24,605 nucleotides of DNA from positions 1-24,605 of the forward strand of contig JAEDML010000001.1 in NCBI GenBank assembly GCA_016303035.1, in the 5' to 3' direction. Position numbers and translations under genes: made by a program. Source of the stretch: Clostridiaceae bacterium. GTDB taxonomy: Bacteria; Bacillota; Clostridia; Oscillospirales; Acutalibacteraceae. Of this stretch, positions 9,313 through 17,961 are shown piece by piece. Numbering within the stretch: the first letter of the stretch is position 1; each line of letters opens with the position of its first letter. Under the pieces are notes generated by a model that saw only the letters and a program-made list of their open reading frames with translations, was not told the origin of the DNA and searched no databases.

Positions 9313-10504
9313 AAAGATTCTTTCCTTTCACAACTACTTCATCATAGAGCCTTAAAACAGTATCGGTGCTCTTCTGCTGTTCGCAAATAATATACGCATC
9401 ATTAGAATAAAGTACGTTTACCGGCACGAATTTAAGCTGCATTCCGTTAAGAACATACACGCCGGTTTTGGAATCAATAACGCGCAGAGCGCTTTTTGAT
9501 ACCTTTAATCCGCTGTATTCCGAGCTTATTATTTCCATATTCACCGACCGCATAGCGGCAATTTCGCTGTTCATCTGGTCGCAGGCGAAGATAAGCACCG
9601 CGTCGGAGGAATTATCCGAAATATTTATTTTCTTTACGGTAACGCTTAAATCAGGGCAGGATTTAACCGCCGTTCTGATTGTAAGACTGTCACCCTCCTT
9701 ATATTTAAGCGATTCGTTTATGGTTACCTTGGCGGCTATATACCACTCATAATCCGAAACAATTTTCCCGATTACCGTATCGCCTACCGTATCGGGCTGC
9801 ATATCCTTAATAAATTCAGGTGTTATTTGGCTTAGGTCGTCGCATTTAAGTACATTTTCATACCCGTCTGTAACCGAGACAAAATACCCCGACTGCGCCG
9901 CGTTTACATAGCCCTTTGCCGCAGGAAGCGACGCATTAAGCTCTGCAAGCTGAGAGTTTAAAGCGGCAAGCTGCACCGAAAAATCGCCGGCAACGCCGGT
10001 AGCCATCTGACGGCGGTTAATTGTAGACAGCAGTGAAGCGGCATAATCGTAAGACCCCGAAAAATTGCCTGCGGCGGAGTTTTTTACAAGCGCGTTAAGC
10101 CCGTCCTCCACTTTATTATTAAGCAGGTCAAGGTCGGTGGCTTCAAGGTTGTTATAGCTTTGAATATCTTCAATATCCGCAATCTGCCGCTTTACCGCCT
10201 CAATCTGACTTACGGTAAGAGAGGCCGTATCGGTCTCATAAATACTTGCGATAACCCCGTCCTTTGCGACGCGGCTCCCCTCGTCTGCGACAAAATGGAG
10301 CACGCCGCCGGCGTTATTTTCAACCAGAGTTTCGTTTCTTATAAAGATTCCGGTTATATTAAGTCCCTGTACAGCCGTGGAAAATTCCGCGCTTTGGGTA
10401 GTTATGGGCTTATAAAACGAGGAATAAAGCTGATGAATAATAAAAACCGACGCAATAAGCAGTAAGCATACCTTTAAAACGGTATTATTCTTCATTTCGC
10501 TCAT
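9290..10504 (-). CDS. Single-pass membrane protein with HlyD/membrane-fusion-like architecture, function unknown
   Basis: N-terminal TM helix, half-lipoyl motif (GGVLHFVADEGSRVAKDGVIA), long helical hairpin, second half-lipoyl (VNAAQSGYFV..DGYE), beta-rich C-terminus (GLKVSKSAL..GVYV..FVPVNV..LRLYDEVV). Overlaps miaA and yggS. Confidence 0.75.
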   Translation of the reverse strand: MSEMKNNTVLKVCLLLIASVFIIHQLYSSFYKPITTQSAEFSTAVQGLNITGIFIRNETLVENNAGGVLHFVADEGSRVAKDGVIASIYETDTASLTVSQIEAVKRQIADIEDIQSYNNLEATDLDLLNNKVEDGLNALVKNSAAGNFSGSYDYAASLLSTINRRQMATGVAGDFSVQLAALNSQLAELNASLPAAKGYVNAAQSGYFVSVTDGYENVLKCDDLSQITPEFIKDMQPDTVGDTVIGKIVSDYEWYIAAKVTINESLKYKEGDSLTIRTAVKSCPDLSVTVKKINISDNSSDAVLIFACDQMNSEIAAMRSVNMEIISSEYSGLKVSKSALRVIDSKTGVYVLNGMQLKFVPVNVLYSNDAYIICEQQKSTDTVLRLYDEVVVKGKNLYDGKIVG

Positions 10505-11432
10505 CCTCTCCTAAAAATTCATCTATCAGGCTCTGCGCCCTTTCAAAAATCGGTTCTTCATCGGCATAAAGCCATTTTATACGCGTATCGCGCCTGAACC
10601 AGGTAAGCTGACGCTTGGCGTAACGGCGCGTGCTTTGTTTAAGCCTTTGTGCCGCCTCTGCTATTGTACATTCTCCCTTTAAATAACCGTAAAGCTCCTT
10701 ATGGCCTATCGCCTGCATACCTCCGCTGTTTAAAGGGAGCGAAATGGTTTCTTTAGCCTCTTCTGCAAGACCGTTTTCAAGCATTTTATCAACGCGCAGA
10801 TTTATTCGGTTGTAAAGCCATTCCCTGTCGCGTGAGGTTACGCCGAGTATCAGATTATCATACCGCGGCTCATTCTGCCTTGAAAGCTTATTTTGCTCGG
10901 TAACGGTTTTACCTGTAAGTCTGTAAACCTCAAACGCGCGTATTATTCGGCGGCGGTTATTCGGGTGCAGTCTTGCGGCGGTTTCGGGGTCAAAAGCCGA
11001 AAGATGTGAAAGCATTTCTTCGCCGCCGACCCTTTCAAACTCATCGTCAAGCTCCCCCCGAAGCTTCAAATCGGTCTGCTCGTCCGCGAACTCTATATTA
11101 TCGGTAAGTGCGCTGATATAAAGTCCCGTCCCGCCTACAACCACCGGAAGTTTTTTTCTCGACAAAATTTCATCTATGCACTGCCTTGCCGCGGCAACAT
11201 AATCCGCAACCGAAAACTGCTGTGAAAGCGGAAAAAACTCGATTAAATGATGAGGTATTCCGCGCTTTTCGTTGTCATCAGGCGCGGCAGAGGCAATATG
11301 TATTCCCTTATAAATCTGCATAGAATCCGCGGATACTATTTCCCCGCCGTATTTTTCGGCTATCCTTACTCCGAGCTCGGTTTTACCGCTGGCCGTAGGG
11401 CCTGTTACATAAACTACCTTTTTATTGATCAT
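10485..11432 (-). CDS. miaA: tRNA dimethylallyltransferase
   Basis: GPTASGKT P-loop, DSMQIY, PHHLI, VGGTGLY, HPNNRRRIIRA, QAIG, TRRYAKRQLTWFR. Confidence 0.95.
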   Translation of the reverse strand: MINKKVVYVTGPTASGKTELGVRIAEKYGGEIVSADSMQIYKGIHIASAAPDDNEKRGIPHHLIEFFPLSQQFSVADYVAAARQCIDEILSRKKLPVVVGGTGLYISALTDNIEFADEQTDLKLRGELDDEFERVGGEEMLSHLSAFDPETAARLHPNNRRRIIRAFEVYRLTGKTVTEQNKLSRQNEPRYDNLILGVTSRDREWLYNRINLRVDKMLENGLAEEAKETISLPLNSGGMQAIGHKELYGYLKGECTIAEAAQRLKQSTRRYAKRQLTWFRRDTRIKWLYADEEPIFERAQSLIDEFLGEDERNEE

Positions 11433-13303
11433 TGTATCCTGCCGAACTGCTTTTCAAGCTCTCGCCTTTTAATTTCAAAGGCAACCGGTCTGCCGTGAGG
11501 ACAGTACATAATATCGTCGCTTGAAAGCACCCTTTTTGCAAGATTGAGCATTTCAAGGTCGCCGGTATCACTCCCTGCCTTTATTGCCGCCTTGCACGCA
11601 ACGGTATGAAAAAGATTATCCTCTCGCGCTATATTAACCGAGGAGGTGTCGGAAATCGAACCCGCTATTTCCTCAATCAGAAGTTGTATATTCTCTCCCG
11701 TAAGCGTAGGAGGAACCGCACGGACAATAACACTGCCGTTTCCGAAATCCTCGACCTCAAAGCCTGCCTTTAACAGCATATCGGTATTGTTTATTACGGC
11801 GTCATATTCACGCTTTTCAAGCGTTACCCTTACAGGCGTAAGCATAGCCTGCGACTGCGGAGTATGCTCGGCTTTAAGCTTATTAAACAATATGCGCTCG
11901 TGTGCGGCGTGCTTGTCTATAAGGAAAATACTGTTTTCCTTTTGGACAATTATATATGTACCGAAGGCTTCGCCGATAAGTGTTACCGGTATTTCCTCGG
12001 AAACTGTATTTTTTAAACCGGTATCTTCCTTTTGGGGTTCTGCCGTAGCTGCTGCCCTTTTCGGCTCCTCCTGCGTGTGCGCACCGTCATCAGCGGTTTT
12101 TCCGTAAAACACCGGCTTTTCAAAGTCGTTAAGCCGCATTTCGCCCTGCGGCGCTTTATTTATAAAGCTTTCTTTTTTAATTTCGGGCAGCTGCTTATAA
12201 ATCCTTTCGGCGGCGGTTACAGCTTCGTCAATATTCTGCTGACGGAACTGCTCTGTTGTCATACGCTCAAACGGATTGAAGGTGTGTTTTGAAATACTAA
12301 CCGCAGGTCGGCTGTCACCCGTATTAAGCGCATTTTTAACCGCGCCGTACACCGCGCTGAAAATTCGGTGCTCATCCGAGAATCTAACTTCGGTCTTTGC
12401 AGGATGAACATTTACATCAACCGCGTCAAACGGTACGGTTATATTTAAGACAAAACCGGGGAATTTGCCTATCATAGCGCTGTTTTTGTACGCCTGCTCG
12501 GCGGCGGCGGTTACCGTACCCGAACGCACGAGTCTTCCGTTAAGAAAGACAAACTGATTATTTCTCGTGGGTCGGCAGGCTACGGGCTTACAGGTAAGCC
12601 CCTCGACCGATATATGTTCAAATTCATAGCTGACGCTTATAAGCGACTGAGAAAAATCCCGCCCCAAAACGCTGTAAACAACGCTTTTGAGCTCGCCGTC
12701 GCCCGAGGTTGAAAGCAGCTGCTTGCCGTCGCGTATAAATTTAAAGGAAATTTCAGGGTGCGAAAGCGCAATTCGGTCTACCACCGACGATACCGCGTTA
12801 GCCTCCGATACATCCTTTTTAAGAAACTTCATTCGGGCAGGGGTATTATAAAAAATATCCCTCACTATTACGGTAGTACCGTCAGGGCAGCCGGCTTCAT
12901 CATAAAGGAGCTGTTTTCCGCCCTCGATAATATAGTGCGTTCCGAATTCACTGTCGGCGGTTTTTGTCAGCATTTCCACCCTTGCTACTGAGGAAACGGC
13001 GGCAAGCGCCTCGCCCCTGAAGCCGAGGGTCGCAATGCAGTCAAGGTCGACACCGTCCTTTATTTTACTTGTGGCGTGCCGCAAAAATGCCAGAGGAACA
13101 TCATCATGTGAAATTCCGCAGCCGTTATCGGTAACTCGCATATATGTTATACCGCCGCGCTGTATTTCTACCGTTATCTTATCCGCTTTTGCGTCTATTG
13201 CATTTTCAAGCATTTCCTTGATAACCGACGCGGGTCTTTCTACAACCTCGCCCGCGGCTATAAGCTCTGCAATTTCCCTCGGCAGAACATTTATTTTCGG
13301 CAT
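11429..13303 (-). CDS. mutL: DNA mismatch repair endonuclease MutL
   Basis: IAAGEVVERPASVIKE, DNGCG, GFRGEAL, DVNVHPAKTEV; C-terminal DKHAAHER, ACK, CPHGRP, FGR motifs. Confidence 0.98.
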   Translation of the reverse strand: MPKINVLPREIAELIAAGEVVERPASVIKEMLENAIDAKADKITVEIQRGGITYMRVTDNGCGISHDDVPLAFLRHATSKIKDGVDLDCIATLGFRGEALAAVSSVARVEMLTKTADSEFGTHYIIEGGKQLLYDEAGCPDGTTVIVRDIFYNTPARMKFLKKDVSEANAVSSVVDRIALSHPEISFKFIRDGKQLLSTSGDGELKSVVYSVLGRDFSQSLISVSYEFEHISVEGLTCKPVACRPTRNNQFVFLNGRLVRSGTVTAAAEQAYKNSAMIGKFPGFVLNITVPFDAVDVNVHPAKTEVRFSDEHRIFSAVYGAVKNALNTGDSRPAVSISKHTFNPFERMTTEQFRQQNIDEAVTAAERIYKQLPEIKKESFINKAPQGEMRLNDFEKPVFYGKTADDGAHTQEEPKRAAATAEPQKEDTGLKNTVSEEIPVTLIGEAFGTYIIVQKENSIFLIDKHAAHERILFNKLKAEHTPQSQAMLTPVRVTLEKREYDAVINNTDMLLKAGFEVEDFGNGSVIVRAVPPTLTGENIQLLIEEIAGSISDTSSVNIAREDNLFHTVACKAAIKAGSDTGDLEMLNLAKRVLSSDDIMYCPHGRPVAFEIKRRELEKQFGRIQ

Positions 13304-13318
13304 TTTTACGACCTCCTT

Positions 13319-15916
13319 TTATGAAATTGATTTTGCTTTTTCTGAAAAATCCGCAAGGAGAGAGAGCGCCTCTATGGGGGTAAGGGTATCGGCGTCTATC
13401 GCCTGAAGCTCGTGAAGAATATCGGTAGCGCCCTGAGTTTCAAGAGAAAGCTGAGTTTGCGGCGCGGCTGTCCTGTAGGTTACAACGCCGTCCTCCAACG
13501 TTTTTTTGAGGATTGCCTTTGCCCGAGCTATTACGGGTTCGGGTATGCCGCTCAGTTTTGCAACTTCTATACCGTAGCTGTCGTCCGCGCCGCCGCGCAC
13601 TATTCTGCGTAGGAATATTATGTCGTCTCCGCGTTTTTTTACCGCTATGTTATAGTTTTTAACGCCGCCGAGTTCGTTTTCCATTTCGGTAAGCTCGTGG
13701 TAATGCGTTGCAAACAATGCCTTAGCTCCAAGTCTTCTTTTATCAGCCACAAATTCAAGCACGGCGCGGGCAATTGACATTCCGTCATAGGTAGAGGTTC
13801 CCCTGCCTATCTCGTCAAGTATCAAAAGGCTGTTTTTGGTGGCGTTTTTAAGTATATCGGCAACCTCGCTCATTTCCACCATAAAGGTTGACTGACCCGA
13901 GGCCAAATCATCCGAGGCGCCGACCCTTGTGAAAACGGCGTCCACTATTCCAATTTCAGCCATTTGAGCCGGTACAAAGCAGCCTATTTGCGCCATTAAA
14001 ACTATCAGTGCAGTTTGACGCATATATGTCGATTTACCTGCCATATTAGGTCCCGTTATAATGGCACAGCGATTGTCTCCCCCGTCAAGAAATGTATCGT
14101 TTGATACAAACGGCGTACTTATCATCTGTTCTACTACGGGGTGTCTTCCGCCCTTTATGCTGATTGTTCCGCTGTTGTTAACAAGCGGACGGCAATAATT
14201 ATTGTCTGACGATACTGACGCAAAGGAACAGAGCACATCAAGCCGCGCAATTGCCGCGGCGGTGGTCTGAAAGCGAACAAGCTGTTCGGAAGTTTTTTTG
14301 CGTACATCGTCAAACAGCTCGTATTCAAGCTGAATTACACGGTCCTTTGCAGTAAGAACTCTGGTTTCAAGCTGTTTAAGCTCGGGGGTTATAAAGCGTT
14401 CGCAATTTGTAAGCGTTTGCTTTCTTATGTAATCCTCGGGAACACGGTCAAGAAAGGAATTTGTGACCTCGATATAATATCCGAAAACCTTATTGTAGCG
14501 AACGCGGAGATTTTTTATTCCCGTGCGCTCACGCTCCCTGTTTTCAATCTCGGCAATAAAATCCGACCCGTTGTTCATATCCGAGCGAAGAGAGTCGACC
14601 TCGCTGTTGTAGCCGGGCTTTATAAGACCGCCCTCCCTTACTGTTACGGGCGGTTCGTCGACTATCGCACGGTCGATAAGCTCCGCTATATCGTCAAGGG
14701 GGTCAATATCGTTATAAATCTGTTTGAGCATACGGCAGTCAGCCGCTTTAAGCAAATCCTTAATAAGCGGAAATTTGTGCGCCGTTGCCGAAACGCTTAT
14801 AAGGTCCCTTGCCGACGCGGTTCCGTAAACAATTTTGGTAAGCAGGCGCTCTATATCGCGTATTCCGCTTAAATATTCGGTAGCTTCGCCGCGAAGAATT
14901 GTGTTTGAAAAGAGCTCGTCCACGGCGTTTTGCCGCAGATTTATCTCGGCTATGTTAAGCAGCGGCTTTTCCGCCCAGCTTCGTATAAGACGCTTGCCCA
15001 TGGCGGTTTTTGTTCGATCAAGCACCCAAAGCAGCGAGCCCTTTTTGGATTTTGAGCGCATAGTCTCGGTGATTTCAAGATTCCGCACCGCCGTCATATC
15101 AAGCCGCATAAACTGCGATTCGGTGTAAACATCTACCTTATTTACCGATATATCTCCCGTAATTCCGGTTTCGTAAAGATACTGCAGGACTGCTCCCAGA
15201 GCCGAGGCGCAGGGACTGCCCTTTTCAAAGCCGATATTTTGAGTGCTTACAACCTTAAAGTGTTTAAGCAAAAGCGGCTCGCTTTTTTCAGAGTCAAAAT
15301 ATTCTTCGGTCTTTACGGTAACTGTTCCCGTATATCTGTTCTTAAAAAATTCGCAGAGCTCGGCATAATTCTTATACTCTTCAGATATAAGGATTTCTTT
15401 AGGGTTAAAGCGTGAGAGCTCGTCGATTACACGGGAAATATACTCGTCGCCGTCAACGCTCGTGACATGGCTTTCGCCCGTTGAAGCGTCGGTAAAGCAA
15501 ACGCCGGCAGCACCCTTTTTAAGTGCAACGGCCGAAAGATAGCTGTTTTTACCCTCTTCAAGCATTGTATCCTCAATAACCGTTCCGGGGGTGATAATAC
15601 GCACGACATCACGCTTAACTATGCCCTTTGCCTTGGCAGGGTCCTCGGTTTGCTCGCATATTGCAACCTTGTAGCCCTTTTCCACAAGCCTTGCTATATA
15701 CCCTTCACAGCTGTGATAGGGTATGCCGCACATAGGCGCGCGTTCTTCCTTTCCGCAGTCCTTGCCGGTAAGCACCAAATCGAGTTCCTCGGAAGCGACC
15801 TTTGCGTCTTCATAAAACATCTCATAAAAGTCGCCGAGTCTGAAAAACAGAATACTGTCCTGATGCTGTGATTTTATTTCCATATACTGTCTCATCATAG
15901 GTGAGAGCTCGGTCAT
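13319..15916 (-). CDS. mutS: DNA mismatch repair protein MutS
   Basis: SPMMRQY, GDFYEMF, Walker A TGPNMAGKST, STFMVEM, DEIGRGTST, ATHYHEL, SYGIEVA; clamp-binding-like QLSL near the C-terminus. Confidence 0.99.
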   Translation of the reverse strand: MTELSPMMRQYMEIKSQHQDSILFFRLGDFYEMFYEDAKVASEELDLVLTGKDCGKEERAPMCGIPYHSCEGYIARLVEKGYKVAICEQTEDPAKAKGIVKRDVVRIITPGTVIEDTMLEEGKNSYLSAVALKKGAAGVCFTDASTGESHVTSVDGDEYISRVIDELSRFNPKEILISEEYKNYAELCEFFKNRYTGTVTVKTEEYFDSEKSEPLLLKHFKVVSTQNIGFEKGSPCASALGAVLQYLYETGITGDISVNKVDVYTESQFMRLDMTAVRNLEITETMRSKSKKGSLLWVLDRTKTAMGKRLIRSWAEKPLLNIAEINLRQNAVDELFSNTILRGEATEYLSGIRDIERLLTKIVYGTASARDLISVSATAHKFPLIKDLLKAADCRMLKQIYNDIDPLDDIAELIDRAIVDEPPVTVREGGLIKPGYNSEVDSLRSDMNNGSDFIAEIENRERERTGIKNLRVRYNKVFGYYIEVTNSFLDRVPEDYIRKQTLTNCERFITPELKQLETRVLTAKDRVIQLEYELFDDVRKKTSEQLVRFQTTAAAIARLDVLCSFASVSSDNNYCRPLVNNSGTISIKGGRHPVVEQMISTPFVSNDTFLDGGDNRCAIITGPNMAGKSTYMRQTALIVLMAQIGCFVPAQMAEIGIVDAVFTRVGASDDLASGQSTFMVEMSEVADILKNATKNSLLILDEIGRGTSTYDGMSIARAVLEFVADKRRLGAKALFATHYHELTEMENELGGVKNYNIAVKKRGDDIIFLRRIVRGGADDSYGIEVAKLSGIPEPVIARAKAILKKTLEDGVVTYRTAAPQTQLSLETQGATDILHELQAIDADTLTPIEALSLLADFSEKAKSIS

Positions 15917-15970
15917 TTTTCAACATCCTTTCCGTTTCTGTTTCAATTATAAAAAATTCAATTTAAGATA

Positions 15971-16378
15971 CTAATGGCATCCGCCGCAGGTAGAGCAGCT
16001 GCCGGTACAGCCTGCCGCGCTTATATCGCAGGTCTCGGGGTCTGCGCCCTCAAGGCACATAGAAATCAGGGTATTAACATCGTTAACCATACGGTCAACC
16101 TCGGCCTTAGCCGCGTTATACTCCGCCATAGCCTTTGAAGACATAATGCCCGAATAAACCTCGCGGAGCTTTTCGTTAAGCTCCTTTACCTTTTCGTCAT
16201 CCTTATTATCGGAGCCAATCTCATTATCAAGCTGCATTCTTATTAAATTAAATTCACCGATTGACTTTTGAAGCTCCTCGTCGCTGTCGTTTGCAAGCTT
16301 TGCTTTTGCATAGCGTATAAAACGCTCGTCCTGCTGAATTGCGGCGCCTAATTTTCTTGCCTGTTCAATAACATCCAT
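15971..16378 (-). CDS. YlbF/YmcA (RicA/RicF-like) family protein with Cys-rich C-terminal tail
   Basis: MDVIEQARKLGAAIQQDERF..D.ELQ..I.EFN helical pattern typical of Com_YlbF; position between miaB and mutS matches B. subtilis ymcA; tail CTGSCSTCGGCH. Confidence 0.82.
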   Translation of the reverse strand: MDVIEQARKLGAAIQQDERFIRYAKAKLANDSDEELQKSIGEFNLIRMQLDNEIGSDNKDDEKVKELNEKLREVYSGIMSSKAMAEYNAAKAEVDRMVNDVNTLISMCLEGADPETCDISAAGCTGSCSTCGGCH

Positions 16379-16399
16379 TATAAAATACCTCTTTTTAAT

Positions 16400-17806
16400 T
16401 TATTTAATTATTGTGCCCTTAAGCACATTTGAATATGAATCAACCTTTACATTGACAAATTTTCCTATGAGAGAATCGTCACCCTCAAATTCAATAACCG
16501 CCGTACCCGAGGTGTGACCCGAAAGCAAACCTTCCGTATGTCCGTAATCATCGCACAAAACGCGGTATTCGCGACCTATAAGCGACTGCATATTTACCTT
16601 TGAAACTCTTTCCTGAGCCTGCAGCAGTTCGTTAAACCACTTACCCTTTTCCTCGCGGCTGACAGGATCGTCCATAACGGCGGCAGGCGTGCCCTCCCTC
16701 GGAGAATAGATAAAGGTGAAAAGCGATGAGAATTTCACCTGTTCGACAAGACTTACGGTCTGCTTGAAATCTTCATATGTCTCTCCCGGGAAACCGACTA
16801 TAACATCGCTTGTCAGCGAAATATCCGGTATACGCATACGCGCTTCTTCAATAAGCTTTAAATACGCAGTGCGGTCGTAATGCCTGTTCATCAGCTTTAA
16901 AATACGGTCGCTTCCGCTTTGAAACGGCAGATGAAGATGCGTGCTTACCTTTTCACAGTCCCTTATAGCGTCAAGCAGTTCGGTTGTACAGTCCTTGGGG
17001 TGCGAGGTCATAAACCTTATGCGAAAATCGCCGTCAATATCGTTTATCATACGCAGCAGTCGGGCAAAATTCACGCCGTTTTCGCTGTCCTTGCCGTAGG
17101 AATTTACATTTTGTCCCAAAAGGGTTATATCCTTAAATCCGGCGGCAACCATTTCTCTTGCTTCTGCGATGATTTTTTCGCTCTCGCGCGAGCGCTCTCT
17201 TCCCCTTACATACGGTACGATACAGTAGGTGCAAAAATTGTTGCAGCCGTACATAATCGGCAGCCAGCCCTTAAAAGAGCCGTCCCGTCTTACCGGAATA
17301 TCCTCCACAATATCAGAATTTTCATCGGAAATTTCAAAAATTCGTTCCGACCCTGAAAGGCGGTTATATATAAACTCAGGCAATCTGTGCGCAACATGGG
17401 TGCCAAAGCAGATATCAACATAAGGATAGCTTTTTCTAATTCTCTCCGATACCTGACTCTGCTGAACCATACATCCGCAGATTGCGAGAATAAGATCAGG
17501 CTTTCTGCGCTTGTAGTGTTTCATTGCGCCTATGTTGCCGTAGACCCTGTCCTCGGCATGTCCGCGCACAGCGCAGGTATTGTAAAGAATAAAATCGGCT
17601 TCTGCGACATCGTCGGTAAAAGAGTACCCCATTTCACAAAGCATACCCTTTATGCGTTCCGAATCGCTTACATTCTGCTGACAGCCGTATGTAATTACGC
17701 ACGCCTTGGGATTTTCACCGTAAATGTTACCTAAAAGCGCGCGCACCCTTTCCTCGTATGCGGTCTGTTCTGCCGGAAAAGATATATCTTTAAAAGCTTG
17801 CGACAA
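16400..17806 (-). CDS. miaB: tRNA-2-methylthio-N6-dimethylallyladenosine synthase (radical SAM methylthiotransferase)
   Basis: TYGCQQN..DSE, NTCAVR, GCM, radical SAM CNNFCTYCIVPYVRGRERSR, LLGQNVNSYG, IVGFPGET, C-terminal TRAM. Start placed at TTG 17806, 8 nt after AGGGAG (ORF track gives 17827). Confidence 0.93.
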   Translation of the reverse strand: MSQAFKDISFPAEQTAYEERVRALLGNIYGENPKACVITYGCQQNVSDSERIKGMLCEMGYSFTDDVAEADFILYNTCAVRGHAEDRVYGNIGAMKHYKRRKPDLILAICGCMVQQSQVSERIRKSYPYVDICFGTHVAHRLPEFIYNRLSGSERIFEISDENSDIVEDIPVRRDGSFKGWLPIMYGCNNFCTYCIVPYVRGRERSRESEKIIAEAREMVAAGFKDITLLGQNVNSYGKDSENGVNFARLLRMINDIDGDFRIRFMTSHPKDCTTELLDAIRDCEKVSTHLHLPFQSGSDRILKLMNRHYDRTAYLKLIEEARMRIPDISLTSDVIVGFPGETYEDFKQTVSLVEQVKFSSLFTFIYSPREGTPAAVMDDPVSREEKGKWFNELLQAQERVSKVNMQSLIGREYRVLCDDYGHTEGLLSGHTSGTAVIEFEGDDSLIGKFVNVKVDSYSNVLKGTIIK

Positions 17807-17837
17807 CTGAAAAACTCCCTGTAACAATAATCAATTT

Positions 17838-17866
17838 ATTATACAATATCCCGTTCGTTTTTTCAA
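17838..17866 (-). promoter_or_regulatory. Sigma-A promoter for the miaB-led gene run
   Basis: Minus strand TTGAAA (17866-17861), 17 nt, TATAAT (17843-17838). Confidence 0.75.
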
Positions 17867-17917
17867 GCAATAACCTATGTAATTATGTTCACCGCGAAAA
17901 ATTTACATTTTGATAAT

Positions 17918-17949
17918 AAAAAATCGCCCTCGGGATATTCCCGAGAGCG
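17918..17949 (-). terminator. Intrinsic terminator of serC-serA
   Basis: Minus strand CGCTCTCGGGA-ATA-TCCCGAGGGCG hairpin (one G.U pair) followed by ATTTTTT, 12 nt after the serA stop. Confidence 0.85.
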
Positions 17950-17961
17950 CACAGTAAAACA

